This document shows, in pieces, positions 35,189 to 43,552 of a stretch of DNA of 64,000 nucleotides (the stretch's first letter is position 1; each line of letters begins with the position of its first letter). The stretch is taken from positions 22,897 to 86,896 of the forward strand of contig CANMWZ010000006.1 of assembly GCA_947501605.1 (NCBI GenBank), written 5' to 3'. The stretch is from Planctomycetota bacterium. GTDB taxonomy: Bacteria > Planctomycetota > UBA1135 > UBA2386. Under the pieces are notes generated by a model. The model saw nothing but the letters and a program-made list of their open reading frames with translations. It made no database searches and was not told the origin of the DNA. The position numbers and the translations under genes are program-made.

Positions 35189-37165
35189 TCAGCGGGGAGT
35201 CGGCACCGCGCCAGCGTCGCGCGGCGTCTGCAGCGGGGCGAAGAAGCCCCAGATCGCGACCGTCGCGTCCCACGCGACCGGTTCATCGGCGCCGAGGTAG
35301 TTGCCGCGCGTGCCGCCCGGCCAAGCGTGGCCACCGCCGCCGATCGTGACGACGCAAACGGGCAGGGTACGTTCATCGGCCTGCCAGGTCTCGATGCGCA
35401 CGCCGCCATCGACTGTGGTCTCGGGTTCGCCGGTGAGCCCGTTGCGCGTGCGATAGTACTTGGCTGCGTCCGCAACCGCGGCGTCAACGCGACGGCCAGC
35501 GCGGCCCATGCTGCGCTCGGGCTTGCCGCCGTCGTAGCGAACGTGAAGATCCGCAGTGCCGTGCACGATCATCACGGCGACTGGGGAGGTTGCATCGGTA
35601 TCGGTGAAGTTCATCGCACCGGACACCGGCGCGATGCCAGCGAACAGGTCTGCAGCCTCGCGCGCCAAGCGATGACACATCATGCCGCCGTTGCTCATGC
35701 CCGTTGCAAACACTCGATCTGGATCGACGGCGATCCGCTGCTTCAGGTCAGCGAGAACTGCTCGCACGAACTCGGTGTCGTCGACGTTCTTGTCTCCGGC
35801 GTAGACAGGGATGCCACCGCTGTTCCAGGTCAAGAGCTTGTTGCGCAACAGACCCGTTCCATCGGGATAGACGGCAACGAAACCGCGGCGATCAGCGAGC
35901 TTGGAGAAGCCAGTCGACTCCTCCACTTGCGCGCTGTTGCCACCGCCACCGTGGAACACCATTACGACTGGGAGCTTCGCCGCCGACGACCCGCCGGGCG
36001 GGACGTGCAGGCGATAACTGCGAGTTCGACCGCCGCACTCGAGTCGGACCAGTTCGTCGGTGCCGCTGATGGCGGGCGACTTGACGAACGCGCGCGCCGC
36101 TGCCTGCACTGCACCGATGCGCGGCAGGACGCGCGCGACACGATCTTGGATGGCGAGCACACCCCACAAGCCTTGATCCCGATCTACCCACGGCAAGAAC
36201 CCGAACGCGCCTGGATCACTGCCTCGCACCACCCCTGCTTGCGGCTCCTGAAGCCAAGTGGCGAGACCGTAGGCGAGATCGCCTTCAAAACCCGGGAAAC
36301 GAACCAGTGTTCGAGCAGTCTGCGACCGGAACATGCGATCCAGCGATTCCGGCTTCAGGACACGCACGCCGCGAAGTTCGCCACCATTGCCGAGCATCGC
36401 ACAGAATCGCTCATAGTCGCGCAGCGACGACACTGCTCCCCCTGCGATCCAAGGAACAGTCGCTGCGCCAGCATCGCTGCCGACCGGCGACAGCCGACCA
36501 AACGCGGTGTTCATCATGCCCAGGCGGTCGGCCACGCGATCGCGAAACAAGGTGTGCCAGTTGGTCTTGGTGGCGCGCACCGCGACGCACGCGGCCACTT
36601 GGAACCCCACACCGCTGTAGACGAAGTCGATGCCGGGCTCATACTGCAGCGGCTCCTCGGCAAGCTCGCGAGCCACGCCGTCCATGTCGAGATCGCGATC
36701 GAGTGCGGTTCGCGATTGCGCGGCGAAGCCCGCGGTGCACGACAGACACTGACTCAGCGTCAGGTACTTCTTGTCCGGGCGATCGAACTCTTTCAGGTAG
36801 CGCGACACCGGCAGCTCGATATCGAGCAACCCATCATCGTGCAGCGAGAGGATGACCGCGGTCGCGAGCCACTTGCTGGCCGAAGCAATCGGCAGTGTCT
36901 GGTCAGCGGAGAAGTCACCGACGGTGCCAAGGTGGAGCAACCTGTCCTTGAGACCGACCGCCAGCCCCGCACCCTCGACGCCGATCGGCCGGGTCAGGTG
37001 GGCGAGCGCTTCCGTCAGTTCCTTCGCTGACGGAGCGGTGCGTTCGGGGGGCGTCGCCAACTCTTGCGCCGAGGGGTCCTGGCCGAGGACCTGCGTCGCC
37101 GCACCGAGAAGCAGCACCAGGTTGAGGGAGATCCGCAGTGGGAAGCCGGCAAGCCGCATGTTCAT
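35189..37165 (-). CDS. Exported fusion: beta-lactamase-fold serine hydrolase (N) + PHB-depolymerase-family esterase (LpqC-like, C)
   Basis: Signal peptide 'MNMRLAGFPLRISLNLVLLLGAATQVLGQ'. N-domain has SxxK 'IASASKWLA' and 'VYSGVGF'. C-domain has 'RSYRLHVPPG..LPVVMVFHGGGGN...AVYPDG...WNSGG' and a nucleophile elbow 'GMSNGGMM'. Confidence 0.8.
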   Translation of the reverse strand: MNMRLAGFPLRISLNLVLLLGAATQVLGQDPSAQELATPPERTAPSAKELTEALAHLTRPIGVEGAGLAVGLKDRLLHLGTVGDFSADQTLPIASASKWLATAVILSLHDDGLLDIELPVSRYLKEFDRPDKKYLTLSQCLSCTAGFAAQSRTALDRDLDMDGVARELAEEPLQYEPGIDFVYSGVGFQVAACVAVRATKTNWHTLFRDRVADRLGMMNTAFGRLSPVGSDAGAATVPWIAGGAVSSLRDYERFCAMLGNGGELRGVRVLKPESLDRMFRSQTARTLVRFPGFEGDLAYGLATWLQEPQAGVVRGSDPGAFGFLPWVDRDQGLWGVLAIQDRVARVLPRIGAVQAAARAFVKSPAISGTDELVRLECGGRTRSYRLHVPPGGSSAAKLPVVMVFHGGGGNSAQVEESTGFSKLADRRGFVAVYPDGTGLLRNKLLTWNSGGIPVYAGDKNVDDTEFVRAVLADLKQRIAVDPDRVFATGMSNGGMMCHRLAREAADLFAGIAPVSGAMNFTDTDATSPVAVMIVHGTADLHVRYDGGKPERSMGRAGRRVDAAVADAAKYYRTRNGLTGEPETTVDGGVRIETWQADERTLPVCVVTIGGGGHAWPGGTRGNYLGADEPVAWDATVAIWGFFAPLQTPRDAGAVPTPR

Positions 37166-37444
37166 CGTGAGCGTGTGATAGGGAACTCGAGTCTCGATCT
37201 GGACCGGAGCAGTAGCTTCTCGGAGCGCCTGCGGCTGGTCGGTCCCGCGCACAGGCCAATTGTGCACTCACTTCTATCGACCGGCGGCAAACGAACCTTC
37301 GCACCGACGTTCGGCGCGGCGACGAGAACGCACAGTTCGCGGCGTACCAACAATCCGACGAGCAGCACGCTGTGGCGCGCCTTGCTCGCCGCCGGACGGC
37401 AAAGGCACTGGTGCCTGAGCCGCCAATCCGACCGAGTCTGCTAC

Positions 37445-37594
37445 ATGACGAACCCAATGGAACGCCGCGTGTTCTTGTCCCGAGTTCTTTGCCTCCTATT
37501 GCTCGCAGTCACCAGCACCGCCTGCCATTTCCACGGGCACCACGGGTGCGGCAGATCCTTCAGCTACTGCCAGCCGATCCGCCACTGCAGGTGA
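37445..37594 (+). CDS. Candidate small ORF: signal/lipoprotein-like peptide with a Cys/His-rich 23-aa tail
   Basis: 'MTNPMERRVFLSRVLCLLLLAVTSTA|CHFHGHHGCGRSFSYCQPIRHCR'. Only 9 of 49 third codon positions are A/T by my count. Lies in a 500-nt gap, 70 nt upstream of the DUF423 gene. I see no SD. Confidence 0.3.
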   Translation: MTNPMERRVFLSRVLCLLLLAVTSTACHFHGHHGCGRSFSYCQPIRHCR

Positions 37595-37663
37595 ACCCAC
37601 CGCGCGCCACCTACGGACACGGTTGCGTTGACGGCGACCGCCAGCTGCGCGACAACCAACCGC

Positions 37664-38056
37664 ATGACGCCAGCTCGCATGCTGACCCTCGCCGCGCTCC
37701 TGGGTGGCTCCGGAGTCTTGATCGGGGCCTTCGGCTCGCACGGCCTGAAGTCGATCGCAACGCCGCAGGGACTGGAATGGTGGGAGACCGGGTCGCGCTA
37801 CCAGATCTACCACTCCTTGGCGCTGCTCTTGTGCGGACTCCTCGGACGAACGGGCTCCGCACCGAGGCTATCGGCGTGGGCGTTCGTCGTCGGCATTTCG
37901 CTGTTCAGTGGTTCGCTCTACGCGATGGCCTTGACCGACCAACGTTGGTTCGCGTTTGCGACCCCCCTGGGGGGCGCCTCGTTGGCCTTGGGCTGGCTCA
38001 GTCTGCTGCCGCACTGCGGCTCCCGTCCAGACGGAACGCGCCCTTGCCCAGACTGA
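37664..38056 (+). CDS. DUF423 (YgdD/TMEM256-like) small membrane protein
   Basis: 'MTPARMLTLAALLGGSGVLIGAFGSHGLK...WWETGSRYQIYHSLALL..' with four TM segments. Confidence 0.8.
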   Translation: MTPARMLTLAALLGGSGVLIGAFGSHGLKSIATPQGLEWWETGSRYQIYHSLALLLCGLLGRTGSAPRLSAWAFVVGISLFSGSLYAMALTDQRWFAFATPLGGASLALGWLSLLPHCGSRPDGTRPCPD

Positions 38057-38255
38057 GCGCCTCGCTCCTCGGAACGCCTCTTCGCCCGCATCACCGAGAC
38101 CGCCCTAGGGTCTGCCCGCGACCAAGAGACAGCAGGGCCTTGGCACGGAGCCGCGCGCCCACAACAATCTTCGGCTACCCCCTCTGCTTCGCTAGGATCC
38201 GCGCCCCCGGGCCGGACCCGGCTCGCCTACAGACCCCTAGCCCTTCGACTCGCTG

Positions 38256-40238
38256 ATGACTACCGCACAGCGTTCCGTCGCAACGCGCCGACTCCTCGCG
38301 TTCGCGGCTGCCCTTGCTCCACTTGCAGCCCAAGAGCCGCAAACCCCGGCCCCGGCCAGCGCCACTGCACCGGCGGCGGCCACCGCTGTCGGTCTTCCGA
38401 GTTTTCTGCTGCCTGTCCCTGCCGGCAAAGTCCAGATGGGCATGACGATCGAGCAGCTCGTTGGAGCTGCGAGCCAGGCCATCAATCCCCGCCGCCCCGA
38501 CCAAGCCGCCAAGGAAGTCGAGAAGCTGGCGCTGCGTCTCCGACAGACGGCCTCACAGCTTGGCATGGAGACACGCGACGTGCCGGCGTTCCTGCTCGGC
38601 AACTCGCCGGTCACCAACAAGCAGTGGAAGGCCTACATGGAGAGGATGGCGGCCAACGGGGTCAAGGTGCGCCCGCCATTCCATTGGTGGCGCTACGGTC
38701 GCAAGGATGACTACGACGCCAAGCTCGTGGACATCAACACCGAGTTCAAGGGAGATGGCAAGCTGGGCCCGGTCCTCTACTGGGAACGACACGGGGAGAC
38801 GCTGCCTTGGGACCTGAAAGATGAGAACGGCAAACCCATCGACGACCTGCCCGTCGTCTACATCAGTCGCAAGGACGCGGTGCGATTCGCCGAATGGATC
38901 GGTATGCGTCTCCCGACCGAAGAAGAATGGACGCGCGCAGCTCGCGGCGACGGCACCAATGTTTGGCCCTGGGGCAACAACAAAGAACTGGGCGACAAGT
39001 ATCAGGAGAAGGTCCTTGAGCTAATGAAGCTGGCGAACAACCGAGACCGCCACCTGAACCCGGTCGGCTCCGTCGCGTTTGGCACTGGCCCGTTCGGCCA
39101 CGTTGACATGAGCGGCCAAGTCTGGGAGTTCGTTGGCGGCAATGGCTTCGGCCCGATCACCGGTCAGAAGGTGTTCGGCGAGGAGTGGAAGAAGACTCAG
39201 AAGGACAAACTCGGCATGCTGCTGAAGGATGTGCCGGTGTGGAAGAGCGAGTTGTTCGTCGTCAAGGGCGGCTCCTTCCTCTCGTCGGGTGACCCCATCC
39301 AGCTGCAGATCGACTGCCGAGTGGGCGTTCCGAACGACGAGGTTATCGAGGGCCTCGGCATGCGCCTCGCGAAGAGCCTGAAGCCGGGTTTCGACCTGCT
39401 GATTTCGCTCGTCACCAGCGACTACAACATGGACCTGTTCGAGACCGGCGTGGCCGACCAGAAGGTCGACTTCGCTGCGCAAACAGGCATCGAGCGCTAC
39501 GTGCTCGACGCGGCCGGCTTCCCGACCGAGTATCACGCCGTATCGATGGCGCCCGTCGACTGGCTGACCAGCGAGAAGAACGGCACGTTGACGAAGCTAC
39601 TGGAGCGGAGCCAGACGACGCCGTTGTTGCTGGGCACGCTGGCTGTGACCGACCCACTGGCAGTACCAAAGATGCCCGCGGGGCTCTACTCCGTCGCTTT
39701 CCGTGCTGAGGGTGTGCCAAAGGAACTCAAGGAAGCCATCAAGCTCGGCTACAAAGAGGTCCAGGCAGAGATCAAGCGAAAGGAGCGTGCGGCCAAGGGT
39801 GGCGAAGCGGAGGCCGCCGCAGAACCGGAACTCAAGAAGACCGACTGGCGCATTGTGCTCACGCGCTACGGCCTCACGGACAAGGACCTGGAGCCAAAGG
39901 GCGCCGACACCGACCTGAAAATCGTCCGCCTCGGAACGCTCGAAGTGCCTGTGGAGCACAACACATTCGTGTTCTTCGACAACAAGGGCAAGTGGATGGC
40001 TGCGTGCAAGGCCCAGGATCTGGTCGCCGGCACCCTCTCCGCCGGCGAGGTGCTTTTCGGCACCGGCAAGGACGGAAAGACCGAGCACGCCAAGGTCGAG
40101 TTGAAGTTCCGGGTGCCCCTTCTCAAGGACCAGAAGAAGGCGGTCGAATACAAGCTCGACCTGCTCCTGGAGCAGGGCCCGCCGGCCGCTGGCGAGACCT
40201 GGCGTCTCCCGGTCGCTCCGCCCGCGGGAGACAAGTGA
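38256..40238 (+). CDS. Exported formylglycine-generating-enzyme (SUMF1/FGE-sulfatase) domain protein with a long C-terminal extension
   Basis: Signal peptide 'LLAFAAALAPLAAQE'. FGE-type motifs 'NSPVTNKQWKAYM', 'ISRKDAVRFAEWIGMRLPTEEEWTRAARG', 'GHVDMSGQVWEFV', 'VVKGGSF'. About 300 aa of unassigned C-terminus. Confidence 0.8.
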   Translation: MTTAQRSVATRRLLAFAAALAPLAAQEPQTPAPASATAPAAATAVGLPSFLLPVPAGKVQMGMTIEQLVGAASQAINPRRPDQAAKEVEKLALRLRQTASQLGMETRDVPAFLLGNSPVTNKQWKAYMERMAANGVKVRPPFHWWRYGRKDDYDAKLVDINTEFKGDGKLGPVLYWERHGETLPWDLKDENGKPIDDLPVVYISRKDAVRFAEWIGMRLPTEEEWTRAARGDGTNVWPWGNNKELGDKYQEKVLELMKLANNRDRHLNPVGSVAFGTGPFGHVDMSGQVWEFVGGNGFGPITGQKVFGEEWKKTQKDKLGMLLKDVPVWKSELFVVKGGSFLSSGDPIQLQIDCRVGVPNDEVIEGLGMRLAKSLKPGFDLLISLVTSDYNMDLFETGVADQKVDFAAQTGIERYVLDAAGFPTEYHAVSMAPVDWLTSEKNGTLTKLLERSQTTPLLLGTLAVTDPLAVPKMPAGLYSVAFRAEGVPKELKEAIKLGYKEVQAEIKRKERAAKGGEAEAAAEPELKKTDWRIVLTRYGLTDKDLEPKGADTDLKIVRLGTLEVPVEHNTFVFFDNKGKWMAACKAQDLVAGTLSAGEVLFGTGKDGKTEHAKVELKFRVPLLKDQKKAVEYKLDLLLEQGPPAAGETWRLPVAPPAGDK

Positions 40239-40251
40239 CCCCCGAGACTCT

Positions 40252-40830
40252 GTGAACCAAACCGTGAAACCGTCTTCTCACCCGCAGGCCAAGGCCAACA
40301 TCAACGAAAAGGCCAAGAAGTCCTTCTCGGTGCAGGAGTATGGCGGCCGCATCGCCATCGACGGCGTGCAGATCGTCGAACTCAAGCGGTTCAACGACGA
40401 CGGCGGCGCCATCACAGAACTCGGCCGCCTCGACAGCGGGTTGCACAAGCAGTTGCCCGGTTTTGAGTGCCGCCAAGTCAACTACAGCGAGGTCGAGCCG
40501 GAGGCCGTGAAGGCCTACCATTTGCACCACCGCCAGACCGACGTCTGGTACGTGCCGCCGTGCGACAAGCTGCTGCTCGTGCTGCATGACTGCCGCAAAG
40601 GCTCGTCGACCGAAGGCCAGACCATGCGTTTCGTGCTCGGCGACGGCAAGGACCGCATCGTTCGTATTCCGCCGGGCGTCGCCCACGGAACGAAGAACCT
40701 GGCACCCACGACCGGTCGGATCATCTACATGGTCGACGTGCAGTTCTCGCCGGACCCTGTCGAGTGTGACGAGGGCCGCCTGCCTTGGGACTTCCTCGGT
40801 GCCGAGATCTGGGACGTCGTGAAGGGCTGA
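40252..40830 (+). CDS. Cupin, dTDP-4-dehydrorhamnose 3,5-epimerase (RmlC)-related
   Basis: 192 aa, GTG start. 'IDGVQIVELKRFNDDGGAITEL...AYHLHHRQTDVWYVPPCDKLLLVLHD.R..S.T.G....FVLGD...IVRIPPGVAHG'. Confidence 0.7.
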   Translation: MNQTVKPSSHPQAKANINEKAKKSFSVQEYGGRIAIDGVQIVELKRFNDDGGAITELGRLDSGLHKQLPGFECRQVNYSEVEPEAVKAYHLHHRQTDVWYVPPCDKLLLVLHDCRKGSSTEGQTMRFVLGDGKDRIVRIPPGVAHGTKNLAPTTGRIIYMVDVQFSPDPVECDEGRLPWDFLGAEIWDVVKG

Positions 40831-40894
40831 TCCAAGCGTCAACGCCGCGCCTCCGGCCATGGCCGGAGGCCCTCGCCAAGACCGTCCTGGGCGT

Positions 40895-41701
40895 TCAGCT
40901 GTCCGCGAGCATTTCGGCGAGGCTCCGCTGCGGGAAGTCGCTGCGGAGCGACACATCGCGCGGCCGCAGCGGATCCTGGCACTCCGCCGGAAGAAGCATG
41001 TGCGGTTGCCGCCCGTGCACCGAGCACAGCCGCTGACCGAACTCCCACCTCGAGACGCGCTCGGGGCCGGCCAGGTGCACGACTCGCGACAGGTCCGTTT
41101 GCAGCAGCACCGAGGCCAGCGCGCGGGCCGCGTCCCGACAGTGCAGAGGTGTGCGGTACTCGTTGGTGAACAGTGACACGGGCCGCTGCCCCGCGATGGC
41201 CGAGAGGATCATCGAACTGGCACCGCGCCCTTGGTCGTCGGGCCCGAACAGCAACGGCAATCGCGCCACACGGCCGCCGGCGGCCACCACACGCTCCTCG
41301 CCCTCCGCCTTGGTCACGCCATACACAGACAGTGGCGCCACAGGATCGCGAGCGCCGTACGGAGCGCAGCGGCCGTCGAAGACGAGGTCCGTTGAGACCA
41401 ACAGGAACCGCCCGCCGTAGCGGGCCGCGAGCTGCGCTGGCACATCGACGTTGTTGCGGCGCGCGCCATCGGGATCGGCCTCACAGGCGGCCATGCGCGA
41501 TGCGGCCGCAAGGTGGAGCACGAAGTCGGGCCGCGCCGCGTCCAGCATCGCGTTTGCTTCCGCGCGGTCGCCCAGATCGACCGCGAAGTCCCCGCCGCGG
41601 CGCGAAGTGGTGACCAGAGTGAACGCGTGCCGGAACTCGGCAACCACGTGGCCGCCAAGAAACCCGGTCGCGCCGGTCACGAGCACGCGGGGCATCGTCA
41701 T
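40895..41701 (-). CDS. SDR oxidoreductase, dTDP-4-dehydrorhamnose reductase (RmlD)-like
   Basis: 'MPRVLVTGATGFLGGHVV' and 'YGVTKAEGE' (YxxxK). Start is either Met at 41701 or Met at 41695; the ORF track extends to 41803. Confidence 0.75.
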   Translation of the reverse strand: MTMPRVLVTGATGFLGGHVVAEFRHAFTLVTTSRRGGDFAVDLGDRAEANAMLDAARPDFVLHLAAASRMAACEADPDGARRNNVDVPAQLAARYGGRFLLVSTDLVFDGRCAPYGARDPVAPLSVYGVTKAEGEERVVAAGGRVARLPLLFGPDDQGRGASSMILSAIAGQRPVSLFTNEYRTPLHCRDAARALASVLLQTDLSRVVHLAGPERVSRWEFGQRLCSVHGRQPHMLLPAECQDPLRPRDVSLRSDFPQRSLAEMLADS

Positions 41702-42656
41702 GGATGCTCGGAATCGTGGCGTACCGGCGCCGCCGGCAAAAGCCCTCGCCCGCGGCAACCGCCTGCGGCAGCATGCGCGGACGGTGTCTGCACGCATCCT
41801 CATCCTCGCGAACCCGATCGCCGGCGGCGGCCGCTCACGACGGCTCGCGCCCGAGCTGGCGACGATCCTTCAATCGCTGGGCTGCCATGCCGAGGTGTAC
41901 TTCACCAAAGCCGCTGGCGACGCCGCAGCGCGCGCACGAGTTGCCGGCCCAGAACCGTGGGACGCACTCGTTGCCGTCGGCGGCGACGGCACGCTGAATG
42001 AAGTGCTGAACGGCATGCCAGATCCGACACGGCCACTCGGCGTGCTACCGGTCGGCACGGCCAATGTGCTCGCGTCCGAGTACCGCATCCCACGCAGCCC
42101 GCGCGCACTGGCTCCCGTGATCGCCTCGCTGCGAACGACACCGCACGCGATCGGTCTCGCCGGGTCACGTCGCTTTCTGTTGTTTTGCGGCGCCGGCCTC
42201 GACGCTGCGATCGTCGAGCACCTGCACCATCGTCGCAGCGGCACCCTCGGCAAGACCAAGTGGTTGCCGTCGATCGGCGCCATTGTGCACCAATGGCCTC
42301 AACACACCCTGCGGGCAACGCTTGCAGACGGCGAGGTCCTCGACGATCTCTCTTCGGTCTTGGTAACGCGGGTGCGCAACTACGGCGGCGTCGCCAGACT
42401 GCCGCGGCACATCGACCCCGCGTCGGACCAGTTGTACGTGCTGTGTTTTCGCAGCCGTTCGCGCATTGCCTGGGCTGCGATGGGTCTTTGTGCAGCCCTC
42501 GGTGTCCTCCGCTCCGGGCGCAACCTGGTCATGCGAACGACGCGCGAGGTGCTGGTTCTCGGGAATGCACCAACCCAGGTCGACGGCGATCTGGGCAGCC
42601 GCTCGCCGCTCCGCATTGGCCTACACGACGTCACTGCCCGATTGCTCGTGCCGTAG
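41700..42656 (+). CDS. Diacylglycerol-kinase-family lipid kinase (YegS/LCB5-like)
   Basis: 'ARILILANPIAGGGRS' and 'LVAVGGDGTLNEVLNGM'. The ATG at 41700 overlaps the divergent gene's start, so the GTG at 41784 ('VSARILILANP') is an equally plausible start. Confidence 0.8.
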   Translation: MDARNRGVPAPPAKALARGNRLRQHARTVSARILILANPIAGGGRSRRLAPELATILQSLGCHAEVYFTKAAGDAAARARVAGPEPWDALVAVGGDGTLNEVLNGMPDPTRPLGVLPVGTANVLASEYRIPRSPRALAPVIASLRTTPHAIGLAGSRRFLLFCGAGLDAAIVEHLHHRRSGTLGKTKWLPSIGAIVHQWPQHTLRATLADGEVLDDLSSVLVTRVRNYGGVARLPRHIDPASDQLYVLCFRSRSRIAWAAMGLCAALGVLRSGRNLVMRTTREVLVLGNAPTQVDGDLGSRSPLRIGLHDVTARLLVP

Positions 42657-42679
42657 CCAGCGGCCCGCTGCGAGGTAGG

Positions 42680-43528
42680 ATGCGCCGCATGCAGCAAGCC
42701 TCGGCACCACCGTGCACGGTCAAGATCGGCGACGCGACGTTTGGCGGCGGTCAACCGTTCGCGCTGATCGCCGGCCCCTGCGTGATCGAGAGCCGTGACC
42801 ACACGTTGCGTCATGCCGAGGCCATCGCGAAAGCGTGCCGGCAGCGAGGCATCGGCCTCGTCTTCAAGAGCAGCTTCGACAAGGCCAACCGAACCTCTGG
42901 CAATGCCTTCCGAGGCCCTGGCATGGACGAAGGCCTCGCAACGCTTGCAGCGGTGAAGGCACAACTCGGCTTGCCGACCTTGACCGACGTCCATGACATC
43001 TCGCATTGCGAGGCCGCCGGTGAGGTCGTGGACTGCCTGCAGATCCCTGCGTTCCTGTGCCGTCAGACCGATTTGCTGCTCGCGGCGGCGGCGACCGGCA
43101 AAGCGGTGAACGTGAAGAAGGGCCAGTTCCTGGCGCCCGAGGATGTCGGCAACGTGCTCTCCAAGATCACTGGCGCCGGCAATTCGCGGGCGATGATCAC
43201 CGAACGCGGTGCGAGCTTTGGTTATCGCACCCTGGTCGTCGACTTCGCCGGCTTCCCGACGATGCGCTCGTTCGGCCAGCCGCTGATCTTCGACGTGACA
43301 CACTCCGTGCAGCGCCCCGGCGCAGCCGGGACTTCGACGGGCGGCGATCGCACCAAGGTGCCATTCCTCGCGCGCGCTGGAGTTGCGTGCGGCGTCGACG
43401 GACTGTTCCTCGAAGTGCACGAAGATCCCGACCATGCGCCGAGCGACGGACCGAACATGCTCGTCTTGAAGGACCTCGGCTCGCTCCTCGACACCCTGCT
43501 GCGCATCCAGGACGCCACGCGCGGTTGA
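42680..43528 (+). CDS. kdsA: 3-deoxy-8-phosphooctulonate synthase
   Basis: 'FALIAGPCVIESRDH...GLVFKSSFDKANRTS...GLPTLTDVHD...VDCLQIPAFLCRQTDLL...VNVKKGQFLAP' is classical KdsA. An 'aggtagga' lies just upstream of the ATG. Confidence 0.95.
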   Translation: MRRMQQASAPPCTVKIGDATFGGGQPFALIAGPCVIESRDHTLRHAEAIAKACRQRGIGLVFKSSFDKANRTSGNAFRGPGMDEGLATLAAVKAQLGLPTLTDVHDISHCEAAGEVVDCLQIPAFLCRQTDLLLAAAATGKAVNVKKGQFLAPEDVGNVLSKITGAGNSRAMITERGASFGYRTLVVDFAGFPTMRSFGQPLIFDVTHSVQRPGAAGTSTGGDRTKVPFLARAGVACGVDGLFLEVHEDPDHAPSDGPNMLVLKDLGSLLDTLLRIQDATRG

Positions 43529-43552
43529 GCCAGATCCTGTGAGCCCCGCGCC

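Noticed and set aside
38256-40830. Impression that the FGE-domain and RmlC-like genes are more Lys-rich and less GC-biased than neighbours, suggesting a horizontal-transfer island.
   Set aside because: I did not compute composition statistics. There are no flanking tRNA, integrase or direct repeats, and local GC varies widely across the whole window. A sliding-window GC/codon-usage calculation would be needed.
41695-41786. Divergent RmlD-like and lipid-kinase ORFs whose longest ATG starts overlap by 2 nt (CAT/ATG at 41699-41702).
   Set aside because: This is more likely a start-codon assignment problem than biology. Alternative starts (Met at 41695 for the minus gene, GTG at 41784 for the plus gene) leave ~90 nt for a shared promoter region.
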